From NCBI GenBank assembly GCA_026225095.1, contig JAMFSC010000072.1, forward strand, positions 383 to 64,382: 64,000 nucleotides of DNA, read 5' to 3'. The number at the start of each line of letters is the position of its first letter. Position 1 is the stretch's first letter. Source of the stretch: a bacterium (lineage in GTDB: Bacteria; Acidobacteriota; Terriglobia; Terriglobales; Acidobacteriaceae). The translations under genes were made by a program, and so were the position numbers. Below the pieces are notes generated by a model. That model had not been told where the DNA came from. It worked only from the letters and a program-made list of their open reading frames with translations, and did no database searches. Below, piece after piece: positions 1 through 13,662 of the stretch.

Positions 1-2
1 CA

Positions 3-1196
3 CGGTTTCACCAGTTCATGACGCATAACCGTGGGAAGCTGGAGAAGTTCATGCCCTTTCTGCAGGCTCCGTTTGAGAGCTGGACGGACCTGATGCGGCC
101 GGGGATGCTGAAGCTGCTGCCGCTGCTGGCGCCGTGGCGGTCGCTGGACTCGGACCTGCGGGTCCACTTCAAGGATGAGCGGATCCGGCTGGGGTTCAGC
201 TTTCAATCGAAGTACCTGGGGATGAGCCCGTTCCGATGTCCGAGCCTGTTTTCGATCCTCTCCTTTCTGGAGTATGAGCATGGGGTGTTTCATCCTACGG
301 GCGGATGCGGTGCGGTGACGCGGGCGATGGCGCGGATCGCAACGGAGATGGGGGTGGAGATTCTGCTGGATGAGCCGGTGGATCGGGTGTTGATCGAGCG
401 CGGCAAGGCCGTGGGTTTGAAGACGGCGCGGCGGACGATGGCTGCGGATGCGGTGGTGGTGAATGCGGACTTTGCAGGGGCGATGCGGCAGATGGTTCCC
501 AATGCGCAGAGAAAGAAATGGACCGATGAGCGGGTGGCGAAGAAGCGGTTCTCCTGCTCGACGTTCATGATGTACCTGGGGATCGACGGGGTCTATGACG
601 AGGTGTCGCACCATACGATCTTCCTGGCGAAGAATTATCGGCAGAACCTGAAGGACATTGAAGAGCTGCACCAGTTGTCGGACGATCCGTCGTTTTATGT
701 GCAGAACGCCTGCGTAACGGACAAGACGCTGGCTCCTGAGGGACAGAGTACGCTGTATGTGCTGCTGCCGGTGACGCATGAGGCGGGCAACGTGGATTGG
801 GCGAAGGAGTGTCCGCGTTTTCGGAGGCTGGCTTTGGAGCAGATGGAGAAGATTGGGTTGAAGGCTGTGGAACGGCGGATCCGCGTGGAAAAGATTGTGA
901 CGCCGGCGGGCTGGGCGGACGACTTTGGGTTGTATAAAGGGGCGACGTTCTCGATGGCTCACTCGCTGGACCAGATGCTTCATCTTCGGCCGCAGAATCG
1001 ATTCGACGATGTGGGGCAGATGTACCTGGTGGGCGGGGGGACGCATCCGGGAAGTGGACTTCCGGTTATCTTTGAGTCAGCGAGGATCACGTCGCGGCTT
1101 TTGCTGGAGGACCTGAAGATGGAACCTCTTTGGTCGATGCGCAGTGGCGCGGATTCAGTGCTGTCACCGGATGGCTTGGTGGGGGCGGCCTTGTGA
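3..1196 (+). CDS. FAD-dependent carotenoid desaturase/oxygenase, CrtI/CrtN/CrtP family (5' end lies outside the window)
   Basis: The frame of ORF 18..1196 stays open to the window edge. It has a CrtI-family C-terminal block (MYLVGGGTHPGSGLPVIFESARI) and sits in a carotenoid-type gene context. Confidence 0.85.
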   Translation, partial: RFHQFMTHNRGKLEKFMPFLQAPFESWTDLMRPGMLKLLPLLAPWRSLDSDLRVHFKDERIRLGFSFQSKYLGMSPFRCPSLFSILSFLEYEHGVFHPTGGCGAVTRAMARIATEMGVEILLDEPVDRVLIERGKAVGLKTARRTMAADAVVVNADFAGAMRQMVPNAQRKKWTDERVAKKRFSCSTFMMYLGIDGVYDEVSHHTIFLAKNYRQNLKDIEELHQLSDDPSFYVQNACVTDKTLAPEGQSTLYVLLPVTHEAGNVDWAKECPRFRRLALEQMEKIGLKAVERRIRVEKIVTPAGWADDFGLYKGATFSMAHSLDQMLHLRPQNRFDDVGQMYLVGGGTHPGSGLPVIFESARITSRLLLEDLKMEPLWSMRSGADSVLSPDGLVGAAL

Positions 1197-2773
1197 TGGA
1201 CTCCACGACGGAGGGCGATCTTCTGCCTGAACAGAGGGCCAGGCCGTGGCCGATCCGCAGTCCGGGATGGCAGCCGAAGGTGCAGCGCGCGTGGGCGGAG
1301 CGGTCGATTGAGGAGCGGCTGAAGGTGCTGCGGCGCTGGCGGCATGGGATGGCGGGGCGCTCGGAGGACTTGTGTGCGGCAATCGGGAGCGCATGGCAGC
1401 CGGGCGAGGGTCGGACGCCGGCGGATGTTCGGATCTCGGAGATTCTGCCGCTGCTGGCGGCTTGTGAGTATCTGGAGAAGAATGCGGCGAAGGTTTTGAG
1501 GACACGCAGCCTTGGTTGGCGGGGGCGGCCGGTGTGGCTCTGGGGCGTGCAAAGCGAGATTCGGCGGGTGGCGCTGGGGCGGGTTCTGGTGATTGGACCG
1601 GCCAACTATCCGTTGTTTCTGCCTGGGGTGCAGGTGCTGCAGGCTTTGGCGGCTGGCAATGCAGTGACGTGGAAGCCGGGACGAGGCGGGCGCGAGGTGG
1701 CGAAGGTGTTTGCCGGGGAGATGGATCGGGCGGGTCTGCCGCGGGAGCTTCTGCATTTGACGGAAGAGACGGACGAGGCGGGGCGGAACGCTGTCAGGGA
1801 GGGGGCGGACAAGGTCTTCTTTACCGGATCGGCGGCGGCGGGGCGGGCGGTGATGCGGGAGCTGGCGGAGACGGCGACGCCAAGCGTGATGGAGCTTTCC
1901 GGATGCGCAGCGGTGGTGGTATTGCCGGGAGCGGAGTTGGGGAGGGTGACGGAGGCGATCGTCTTTGGGATGAGGTTGAATGGGTCGGCGACGTGTATGG
2001 CTCCGCGCCGGGCGCTGGTGATGGGGAGATCTCCGGCACGGCGGGAGGCTCTGCGAAGAAGGCTGGAGAGGGCGCTGAGGAAGATGGAGCCGATGCGGCT
2101 GACGAGCGAAGTTCATGGTCGCTTGTGGGAGATGGTGGATGAGGCGCGGAGGGAAGGGGCGATCGTGCTGGGCGTGCGCGGAGTGCAGGGGGAAGAGGGG
2201 GGGTGGATGCAGTCTGCGGTGTTGCTGACGGAGGTGAAGCCCGCGATGCGGATCGCACAGACGGATCTGTTTGCGCCCGTGCTGAGCATGATCGATGTAA
2301 CGAACAAGGGGGAGATTGCGGCGGCACAGCGTATGTGTCCGTTTGGGTTGTCGGTATCGATCTTCGGGGAGGAGCAGATGGCTCGGCAGCTCGCAGGACG
2401 GATGACGGCTGGGACGGTGGTGATGAACGATGTGATCGTGCCGACGGCGGATCCTCGGATACCGTTTGGTGGACGGAGGGGAAGCGGGTTTGGGGTGACG
2501 CGGGGTGCGGAAGGTCTGCTGGAGATGACAGCCGTGAAGACAGTGTTGACGAGGCGCGGCAATAGCCGCCGGCAGTATGAGGCGACCGGAGAGGCGCACA
2601 ACGGGATGTTCGAGGGACTGATCCTGGCTGGACATGCAGGAACCTGGGGACGGCGTTGGCAGGGGTTGAAGCAGATAGTAATGGCGGCGCGCGGTTTGAA
2701 GCCTTCGGCCGGGAGTGATGAGGACAGAGACGAAGTGGGACAAGAGGTGCGGGAACCATATGACGGGAAGTGA
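1196..2773 (+). CDS. Aldehyde dehydrogenase family protein (candidate carotenoid aldehyde dehydrogenase)
   Basis: ALDH blocks are present: VMELSGCAAVVVL (ELGGK-like), NGSATCMAPRR (catalytic Cys region) and PFGGRRGSGFG. ATG 1196 overlaps the upstream stop (TGATG); GTG 1193 is an alternative start. Confidence 0.85.
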   Translation: MDSTTEGDLLPEQRARPWPIRSPGWQPKVQRAWAERSIEERLKVLRRWRHGMAGRSEDLCAAIGSAWQPGEGRTPADVRISEILPLLAACEYLEKNAAKVLRTRSLGWRGRPVWLWGVQSEIRRVALGRVLVIGPANYPLFLPGVQVLQALAAGNAVTWKPGRGGREVAKVFAGEMDRAGLPRELLHLTEETDEAGRNAVREGADKVFFTGSAAAGRAVMRELAETATPSVMELSGCAAVVVLPGAELGRVTEAIVFGMRLNGSATCMAPRRALVMGRSPARREALRRRLERALRKMEPMRLTSEVHGRLWEMVDEARREGAIVLGVRGVQGEEGGWMQSAVLLTEVKPAMRIAQTDLFAPVLSMIDVTNKGEIAAAQRMCPFGLSVSIFGEEQMARQLAGRMTAGTVVMNDVIVPTADPRIPFGGRRGSGFGVTRGAEGLLEMTAVKTVLTRRGNSRRQYEATGEAHNGMFEGLILAGHAGTWGRRWQGLKQIVMAARGLKPSAGSDEDRDEVGQEVREPYDGK

Positions 2774-2782
2774 GCGGGCAGG

Positions 2783-4324
2783 ATGAAGACCAGCGTGGCC
2801 GTGATCGGGTCTGGGCTGGCCGGACTGGCGGCGGCGTGCACGCTGGCTGCGCGTGGGCATCGGGTGACGGTCTTTGAGAAGAATGCGTGGCTGGGGGGAA
2901 AGGCGGCGCAGCTTTGTGAGCAGGGCTTTCGCTTTGATATGGGACCGACGATCCTGATCCAGCCTGCGGTGCTGCGGAAGATCTTCGAGGAGGCGGGGAG
3001 GCGGCTTGAGGACTATGTAACGATGGTGCGGCTGGACCCGCAGTGGCGCTGCTTCTTCGAGGATAAGACGGTGCTGGATCTGAAGGACGACAAGGCTGCC
3101 ATGGCGGCGACGCTCGAAGAGATCTGGCCCCGGATGGGGGAGGGATATCTGAAGTTCCTGGAGCAGTCGGAGCAACTGCACTCGATCTCGGAGCGGTTCT
3201 TCTTCTGGAGGTCGATCGGGTCGATGCGGGACACGATGGATGTGAAGGGCGCGTTCGACGTGCGGGTGCTACGGGACGTGATGAGGATGCGGCTGGGGAA
3301 GACGGTGTCGAGCGTGATCCGGGAGCATATTCCGGATGCGAATGTGGCGCAGATGCTGGACCACTTTGTGCAGTATGTGGGGTCGTCTCCGGATGCTTCG
3401 CCGGCGATTCTCTGTGCGATCGGGCATATGCAGATGGAGGAGGGGATCTGGTATCCGATGGGTGGGACGCGGGCGATTCCGGAGGCGCTCGTAAAGCTGG
3501 CGACGGAGCTTGGAGTGATCTTCCACACGGAGACGGAGGTGGAGAAGATTGTGACCGATGCGCCCATGTATGGGACGAGCGCGGCGAAGCAGGTGATTGG
3601 GCTGGTGACGGGCAAGGGTGTCGGGTATGCGTTCGATGCGGTGGTTTCGAACTCGGACGCGGTGCGGACGTATCGGGAGCTGCTGGGTGGAGTGGCGGGG
3701 CGGCGGTTCGATGAGAAACGCGGGTATGAGCCGGCCTGCTCGGGTGTGGTGCTCTATCTTGGGTTGAATCGGCGGTATGAGCATCTGGCTCATCATGACT
3801 TTGTGTTCTCGCGGGATCCGCATGAGGAGTTCAAGGCGATCTATGAGGACGGAGAGCCGGCTCCGGACCCGACGTGTTACCTTGCGGCTACGGCGGGCAC
3901 CGATCAGGCCTCGGCTCCGGCGGGGGGTGAGGCGCTGTATGTATTGGTGCATACTCCTTACCTGCGTCCGCATCACGACTGGAAGACGATGTTTCCGGAT
4001 TATCGGCAGGTGATTCTGGATAAGCTGAAGCGGACGGCGGGGATGGAGGATATCGAGGAGCGGATCGTCTTTGAGGCGGCGCTGACTCCGCGGGATATTC
4101 ATGACCGGTACCGGGTGCTGGATGGGGCGATCTATGGGATCTCGAGCCATGGGGTCTTCAACGGAGCGTTCAAGCCGGCGAATCGCGACAAAGAACTGCG
4201 CGGGATGTACCTGGCGGGGGGAGCGGCGCATCCTGGGCCGGGGATGCCCATGGTGATGATGTCGGGGTGGATCGCGGCGGATTCGCTGGATGCGGATATG
4301 CGGGGGGTTCCGGCGTCGGCCTGA
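2783..4324 (+). CDS. FAD-dependent carotenoid desaturase/oxygenase, CrtI/CrtN/CrtP family
   Basis: The N-terminus has a dinucleotide-binding fold (VAVIGSGLAGLAAACTLAARGHRVTVFEKNAWLGGKA). The C-terminus has MYLAGGAAHPGPGMPMV. It is a paralog of the first gene in the window. Confidence 0.9.
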   Translation: MKTSVAVIGSGLAGLAAACTLAARGHRVTVFEKNAWLGGKAAQLCEQGFRFDMGPTILIQPAVLRKIFEEAGRRLEDYVTMVRLDPQWRCFFEDKTVLDLKDDKAAMAATLEEIWPRMGEGYLKFLEQSEQLHSISERFFFWRSIGSMRDTMDVKGAFDVRVLRDVMRMRLGKTVSSVIREHIPDANVAQMLDHFVQYVGSSPDASPAILCAIGHMQMEEGIWYPMGGTRAIPEALVKLATELGVIFHTETEVEKIVTDAPMYGTSAAKQVIGLVTGKGVGYAFDAVVSNSDAVRTYRELLGGVAGRRFDEKRGYEPACSGVVLYLGLNRRYEHLAHHDFVFSRDPHEEFKAIYEDGEPAPDPTCYLAATAGTDQASAPAGGEALYVLVHTPYLRPHHDWKTMFPDYRQVILDKLKRTAGMEDIEERIVFEAALTPRDIHDRYRVLDGAIYGISSHGVFNGAFKPANRDKELRGMYLAGGAAHPGPGMPMVMMSGWIAADSLDADMRGVPASA

Positions 4325-4350
4325 GGTGGGGTAGGCTTGGGACACACTTT

Positions 4351-5133
4351 ATGGCGGACGCGGACGGTGTCCCGGCGATCTCGGGCGCGATGTTGGGGTT
4401 CTTCCGGCGGATTGTGCGGAGGTATCTGCGGCGGGGCTTTCATGGGGTGAGGGTGCGTGGGGGAGAGCGGTTGGCCGGGGTCTCGGGACCGCTGATCGTG
4501 TATGCGAATCATGGATCCTGGTGGGATCCGATGCTGTCGATTCTGCTGGCGGAGGAGATGCTTCCGGGGCGGAGGCACTATGCTCCGATGGATGCGCGGG
4601 CGCTGGCGCGGTATGGGATTCTGAGACGGGTAGGGATGTTTGGGGTGGAGATGGAGTCGGCGCGGGGTGCGGTGCGGTTTCTGCGGACGGGAGCGGCGAT
4701 TGTGGGGGGTGGAGGGGTGCTGTGGGTGACGCCTCAGGGGCGGTTTGTGGATGCGCGGGTGAGGCCGTTGGGGTTTAAGCCGGGGCTGGCGGCGCTGGCG
4801 GCCCGGGTGGGGGAGGGCTGCATGGTGCTGCCGCTGGCGATTGAGTACACCTTCTGGGATGAGCGTACGCCGGAGTGCCTGGCGCAATTTGGGGAGGCCG
4901 TGGTGGTTCGGGAGGGGGAGATGGCAGAGGCGTTGGGAGTGAGGCTGGAGGGAGCGCTGGCCGGTGCGATGGAGGAGCTGAAGGAGAGAGCGGTGGCGCG
5001 GGATCCGGCGGCGTTTGAGACGGTGGTCTGTGGGACGGCTGGGGCGGGGGGATTCTATGCGGTGGGGCAGATGTTGAAGGCCTGGATGCGGGGCGAAAGG
5101 TACAGGGCGGAGCATACGGTGAGGGGGCGATGA
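4351..5133 (+). CDS. Lysophospholipid/glycerol-3-phosphate acyltransferase family protein (PlsC-like)
   Basis: The HxxxxD acyltransferase motif is present (ANHGSWWD), followed by a VTPQGR block. The start is set at the first ATG after the upstream stop; the ORF track begins earlier, at 4267. Confidence 0.75.
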   Translation: MADADGVPAISGAMLGFFRRIVRRYLRRGFHGVRVRGGERLAGVSGPLIVYANHGSWWDPMLSILLAEEMLPGRRHYAPMDARALARYGILRRVGMFGVEMESARGAVRFLRTGAAIVGGGGVLWVTPQGRFVDARVRPLGFKPGLAALAARVGEGCMVLPLAIEYTFWDERTPECLAQFGEAVVVREGEMAEALGVRLEGALAGAMEELKERAVARDPAAFETVVCGTAGAGGFYAVGQMLKAWMRGERYRAEHTVRGR

Positions 5134-6239
5134 TCGCGGCGTTCGCGGTGGGAGCGGTGATGTGTTCGGTTGGGCCGGCAGTGCTCTTCTGCGTGAACCT
5201 GGGGCGGTACCGGGAGCCAGGGGCCAGCGATGGCGGGAGGGTGTCGGTGCTGATTCCGGCGCGGGATGAGGCGGGATCGATTGGGGCGGCGGTGGGGTCG
5301 GTGCTGGCTTCGCGGGGGGTGGAACTGGAGGTGGTGGTGATGGACGATGGGTCCAGCGATGGGACGGCGGGGGTTGTCGAGGAATTGGCGGCTCGGGATA
5401 CACGGGTGCGGCTGGAGCGGGCTCCGGAGCTGCCGGCGGGTTGGAATGGGAAGCAGCATGCCTGCTGGGCGCTGGCAGCGGTGGCTCGGTATGACGTGAT
5501 GTGTTTTGTGGATGCGGATGTTCGGCTGGAGGCGGAGGCGTTGGCTCGGATGGTGGGGTTTCTGGACGGGAATGGACTGGTGAGTGGATTTCCGAGGGAG
5601 GAGACGGAGACGTGGCTGGAGTGGATGCTGCTGCCGCTGATCCACTTTGCGCTTCTGGGGTTTCTGCCGCTGGAAACGATGCGGGCGGGGACGGATCCCG
5701 CGTTTGCGGCAGGGTGTGGGCAGATTCTGATGGTGCGGCGGGAGGCCTACTTTGCTTCGGGTGGTCATGCGGCGATCCGGGCGACGATGCACGATGGGCT
5801 GCTGCTGCCTCGGGCATTTCGGGCGGCGGGGTTCAGGACGGACCTGGCGGATCTGACCGGTTTGGCGACTTGCAGGATGTATCGGTCGGCGGGGGAGGTC
5901 TTGAAGGGGCTGGCCAAGAACGCAACGGAGGGGATTGCGGATCCGGTGCGGATCGGGCCGATTACGGTGGTGCTTCTGCTGGGACAGGTGCTGCCGTTTG
6001 GGCTGGTGTTCTTTGCCGGGTCGGCGGCGCGGTGGGTTCAGGGATGTGTGCTGGTGGGGATGATTGCCGCCTGGACTCCGCGGCTGCTGGGAATCCGGAG
6101 GTTTCGGCAGGACTGGCGTGGGGCGCTGCTGCATCCTCTTGGGATTCTGATCCTGCTGGCGGTGCAGTGGTATGCGCTGGGACGAAAATGGATGGGTGGG
6201 TCGGTGAGTTGGAAGGCTCGCGCTTATACGGGGTCTTAG
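5130..6239 (+). CDS. Family 2 glycosyltransferase with C-terminal membrane segments
   Basis: GT-A blocks are present (VSVLIPARDE, VVVMDDGSSDGT, FVDADV). The C-terminus is hydrophobic. An ATGA overlap joins it to the upstream acyltransferase gene. Confidence 0.85.
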   Translation: MIAAFAVGAVMCSVGPAVLFCVNLGRYREPGASDGGRVSVLIPARDEAGSIGAAVGSVLASRGVELEVVVMDDGSSDGTAGVVEELAARDTRVRLERAPELPAGWNGKQHACWALAAVARYDVMCFVDADVRLEAEALARMVGFLDGNGLVSGFPREETETWLEWMLLPLIHFALLGFLPLETMRAGTDPAFAAGCGQILMVRREAYFASGGHAAIRATMHDGLLLPRAFRAAGFRTDLADLTGLATCRMYRSAGEVLKGLAKNATEGIADPVRIGPITVVLLLGQVLPFGLVFFAGSAARWVQGCVLVGMIAAWTPRLLGIRRFRQDWRGALLHPLGILILLAVQWYALGRKWMGGSVSWKARAYTGS

Positions 6240-6488
6240 TTGGGGACCCCCGGGAGGGGCCTCACGAGGCTCGCTGGCAATGGGCTCATCGGCCTTCCGA
6301 CAACCGCGACTCCTCACCCTGCATCTGTTGTGAAGAGCGAGCTTAGTTCTTCAGGCCACGGCGATACGAGGAGTCGTTCGTCATGGACTTTTCGGCCATG
6401 GAATGTTGCATGGCCTTTTGAAGGTGATCACAGCAGCCACTCTTTCGAAGCGTAATATGCTCCAAGGAAGTCGTGGGTAAGTTGATAT

Positions 6489-8525
6489 ATGAAACCTGTT
6501 GAAGGCCGAAAGAGAGTGGTGGTTGAGCAGGTCTCCCCGAGGGTAGACTGCGGTCGGTATCCGGCACGTAGGGTCCTGGGAGACGTGATAACGGTCTCCG
6601 CGGCGATCTTTGGTGACGGACATGATCATGTGGCGGGGCGACTGCTCTATCGCCACGAATCGGATCGTCGATGGCGCTCTGCGCCGATGTCGGCCCTCGG
6701 CAACGACGTTTGGGCCGCGGAGTTCAAAGCAGATCAGCCTGGGAGCTGGAAGTTTACGGTTCAGGGCTGGGTTGATCACTTTGGGACATGGTGCGCGGAC
6801 CTCACCAAGCGTCTCGCTGCCCAACCCGACCCTCACCGGCCGGACCTGGCGACCATTTCGCAGGACATTCCTCTCGCCCTGCGCACCGGAGCTTTGCTCC
6901 TGGAGGAGATCGCCAGCCGTGCTCGTGGGGCGGACGCGCGACATTTCGCCGAGGTCATCCAGTCGCTGCGATGGTTGGCGGATCAGAACGCCACGTTCTA
7001 CGAGTACCCCATTACCACCGAGATCCTCGAGATCGCTGCGAGGTATCCCGACCTGACGCTCGCCACGCGCTTCGATCAGGAGCTTCCTCTGTGGGTAGAT
7101 CGGGAGCGGGCGCGTTACTCCAGTTGGTACGAACTGTTTCCAAGGTCTACGTCTCCGGACCCTTCGCGCACGGGAACATTTGCCGATGTCGAGCTTCTGC
7201 TCCCCGAGATCGCGGCCATGGGTTTTGACGTTCTGTATCTGCCTCCGATTCATCCCATCGGCACGGCGTTCCGCAAAGGACCGAATAACAACGTGGTCGC
7301 TGAGCCGGGGGATCTTGGAAGTCCCTGGGCGATCGGGGCCGCGCGTACGGCGGGAGTTGAGGGCGGGCACAAATCGATTCATCCCGAACTTGGCACGCTC
7401 GAGAGCTTCGATCATCTCGTCGCGGCCACGCTGGAACATGGGATGGAGATCGCGATGGACATTGCGTTCCAGGCGTCGCCCGACCATCCCTGGGTGATCG
7501 ATCATCCGACGTGGTTCAAGCATCGTCCGGATGGTTCGATTCAATACGCCGAGAACCCTCCGAAGAAGTACCAGGACATCTATCCGCTCGACTTCGAATC
7601 GGTTGATTGGCGGGCTCTGTGGGAGGAGCTCTACTCCGTTTTCAAGTTCTGGGTCGATCGCAACGTGCGTATCTTCCGGGTCGATAATCCCCATACCAAG
7701 GCGCTTCCGTTCTGGGAGTGGGTGATCGAGAGGATTCACGCGGATCATCCGGATGTGATCTTACTGGCCGAAGCCTTCACCCGGCCACACGTCATGTACT
7801 CGCTCGCCAAGGCAGGCTTTACGCAGTCTTATACCTACTTCACCTGGCGCAACACCAAGGCGGAGATTCAGCAGTACTTCGAAGAGATCACGAAGCCGCC
7901 GGTCAGTGATTTCTTCCAACCGAACCTCTGGCCGAATACGCCTGACATCCTTCACGAGTTTCTTCAGAAGGGCGGGCGACCCGCCTTCATGCAGCGTCTC
8001 ATCCTTGCATCGACGCTTGGTGCGAACTACGGCATCTATGGTCCGGCGTATGAGCTGGGAGAGAACACACCGGCGAAGGCGATCAGCGAAGAGTATCTGA
8101 ACAGCGAGAAGTATGAGGCGCGTGCCTGGGACCGGAGGGCGAGCCATACGATCGCGCCGCTGGTGACCAGGGTGAACCAGATTCGGCGAGCGAATCCGGC
8201 CTTGCAGAGCAACGAGTCCCTGCACTTTCATACCGTGGATAATCCCAACCTGCTTTGCTACAGCAAGACGAAAGCAGGCGTGGATGGGCTTGAGAATGTG
8301 ATTCTGGTCGCGATCAACCTCGATCCGTCGCAGGAGCAGTCGGGCTGGATCGATCTTGATCTGAAGCAGCTCGGCATCCCCCACAATCAGAGCTTCGATG
8401 TGGAGGATCTGCTGACCGGTACGCACTACCAGTGGCACGACCGCAGCAACTATGTGGCGCTTCGTCCTGAAGTTCTCCCAGCGCATGTCTTCCGGGTCAC
8501 CCGTTTGCCGGCCAACCCTTCCTGA
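6489..8525 (+). CDS. glgE: Alpha-1,4-glucan:maltose-1-phosphate maltosyltransferase
   Basis: A GlgE-type N-terminal domain is present (VVVEQVSPRVDCGRYPARRVLGD). GH13 catalytic blocks are present (FDVLYLPPIHPIG, FRVDNPHTK, ILLAEAFT). It lies adjacent to treS-pep2. Confidence 0.85.
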   Translation: MKPVEGRKRVVVEQVSPRVDCGRYPARRVLGDVITVSAAIFGDGHDHVAGRLLYRHESDRRWRSAPMSALGNDVWAAEFKADQPGSWKFTVQGWVDHFGTWCADLTKRLAAQPDPHRPDLATISQDIPLALRTGALLLEEIASRARGADARHFAEVIQSLRWLADQNATFYEYPITTEILEIAARYPDLTLATRFDQELPLWVDRERARYSSWYELFPRSTSPDPSRTGTFADVELLLPEIAAMGFDVLYLPPIHPIGTAFRKGPNNNVVAEPGDLGSPWAIGAARTAGVEGGHKSIHPELGTLESFDHLVAATLEHGMEIAMDIAFQASPDHPWVIDHPTWFKHRPDGSIQYAENPPKKYQDIYPLDFESVDWRALWEELYSVFKFWVDRNVRIFRVDNPHTKALPFWEWVIERIHADHPDVILLAEAFTRPHVMYSLAKAGFTQSYTYFTWRNTKAEIQQYFEEITKPPVSDFFQPNLWPNTPDILHEFLQKGGRPAFMQRLILASTLGANYGIYGPAYELGENTPAKAISEEYLNSEKYEARAWDRRASHTIAPLVTRVNQIRRANPALQSNESLHFHTVDNPNLLCYSKTKAGVDGLENVILVAINLDPSQEQSGWIDLDLKQLGIPHNQSFDVEDLLTGTHYQWHDRSNYVALRPEVLPAHVFRVTRLPANPS

Positions 8526-8546
8526 ATCAGTCTGGAGTTTTCGAGC

Positions 8547-12209
<3,663 letters not shown>

Positions 12210-12324
12210 TCTTCCAGTTTTCCAGCCCCCGCATCTCAAAAGGATGCAGGGTTAGTCGGAATCATCCGAACGTTTCATCTACTTCGCCGACACTCGACGA
12301 ACTCATCAAGAAGGCGGCTCAGCG

Positions 12325-13566
12325 ATGGCTACCATCGATACATTCTCCAATCCCGCGCGTGCTGCCGAAACGGGGACAGGAGTTGCGACCGGTGCGGGGG
12401 AAGGCGGGTTGCTGGTCAGTCTGTCTCCGCTCGACCATGAGGGATTGCAGCGGACGCTGAGCAACCTGTCCGCCGCCTTTCCCGGCGAATCGCTTCTGAT
12501 CGCCACTCCGGACGCGGCGCCTGACAGCTCCTCCGCGGAGAACGCCCAGGGCAACATCCGGATGATCTCCTACGCGCCGGCGGCGGCCTCGCGCGACTCC
12601 TGGCTGCTGACGGCTGCGGACTACTTCAATGCCTACAAGATGGCGAAGGATCATGGGGCACGCTCGATCCTGCTGCTTGGATCGGAGTCGGCGAGCCTTG
12701 CTCCGGAGGCACTTGTCAGGATGGTCCATGCCGTCAGCACAGGATCGGATCTCGCCAGCCCGAGCTACGCGCTCGGTCCTCGGGAAGGCCTGGTGAACTC
12801 CGGCATCCTCTATCCCGTGACCCGCTCGCTGTTCGGCACGCGGCCGCATTTTCCCCTCGCGGTCGACCTTGGCCTGTCCCTGCGGATGGCGGAACGCCTC
12901 GCCACGGTTGCACAGCGCTTCACGGCGATCAACCAGATGGACGCGCTGATCTGGCCGGTGGCAGAGGCGGCTGCGGTGGGCTATCCGATCGCTGAAATTA
13001 CTGGCGTTGCCCGGAGTATCCCCCAGCCGGCTACGACGGACCTGAACGCCGTGCTGGCCCGCGTCGCCGGATCGCTCTTCGCCGACGTCGATGCGAAGGC
13101 AGCCATCTGGCAGCGGATTCGCACCACCCAGGCGGGCAACGGTGCAGCCGGGGTTCCGGCGTCGACTCTACGGGAGCCGGCGATGGACATATCGGCGATG
13201 CTCGAGACCTTCCGTATCGCCTATACCAATCTGGCAGAGATCTGGTCGCTGGTGCTTCCGCCGAACTCGCTGCTTGGACTCAAGCGACTGGCGGCGATGC
13301 CGGCTGCGACCTTCCGCATGCCCGATGCCTTGTGGGCGAGGATCGTCTTCGACTTCATCCTGGCGTACCGTTTGAGGACGCTGAATCGAGGGCATCTGCT
13401 GGGTGCACTGACACCGCTCTACCTGGCCTGGGTGGCGTCTCACATCGGGCAAGCGACCGATGCAGCCTCGGCGGAGCAGCACATGGAGTCGGTTGCCGCT
13501 GCGTTCGAGGCGGAAAAGCCTTACCTGGTCTCGCGCTGGAGATGGCCCGACCGCTTCAATCCCTAG
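12325..13566 (+). CDS. Hypothetical protein (possible GT-A-like fold, unverified)
   Basis: This is a 413-aa ORF with GC3-rich codon usage like its neighbours. I recognise no motif with certainty. Confidence 0.6.
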   Translation: MATIDTFSNPARAAETGTGVATGAGEGGLLVSLSPLDHEGLQRTLSNLSAAFPGESLLIATPDAAPDSSSAENAQGNIRMISYAPAAASRDSWLLTAADYFNAYKMAKDHGARSILLLGSESASLAPEALVRMVHAVSTGSDLASPSYALGPREGLVNSGILYPVTRSLFGTRPHFPLAVDLGLSLRMAERLATVAQRFTAINQMDALIWPVAEAAAVGYPIAEITGVARSIPQPATTDLNAVLARVAGSLFADVDAKAAIWQRIRTTQAGNGAAGVPASTLREPAMDISAMLETFRIAYTNLAEIWSLVLPPNSLLGLKRLAAMPAATFRMPDALWARIVFDFILAYRLRTLNRGHLLGALTPLYLAWVASHIGQATDAASAEQHMESVAAAFEAEKPYLVSRWRWPDRFNP

Positions 13567-13662
13567 GCCCGAAGCATCTCGACGTTGCGCAACCTGCAGG
13601 ATCGATTCACCCTTTTGCCGCCGGAAGCCAATTCCGCGTGAGCAGGACACAGGAGAAACCCG

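Noticed and set aside
980-3181. A 733-aa minus-strand ORF and other long ORFs (1087..1605, 1821..2759, 2113..2841) antisense to the carotenoid genes
   Set aside because: The translations are Pro/Arg/His/Ser-rich and low-complexity, with no motifs. They overlap strongly supported plus-strand genes. These are typical shadow ORFs of GC-rich DNA.
4132-5817. A 561-aa and a 420-aa minus-strand ORF across the acyltransferase and GT2 genes
   Set aside because: The translations are Pro/Arg-rich and antisense to genes with clear catalytic motifs. They are shadow ORFs.
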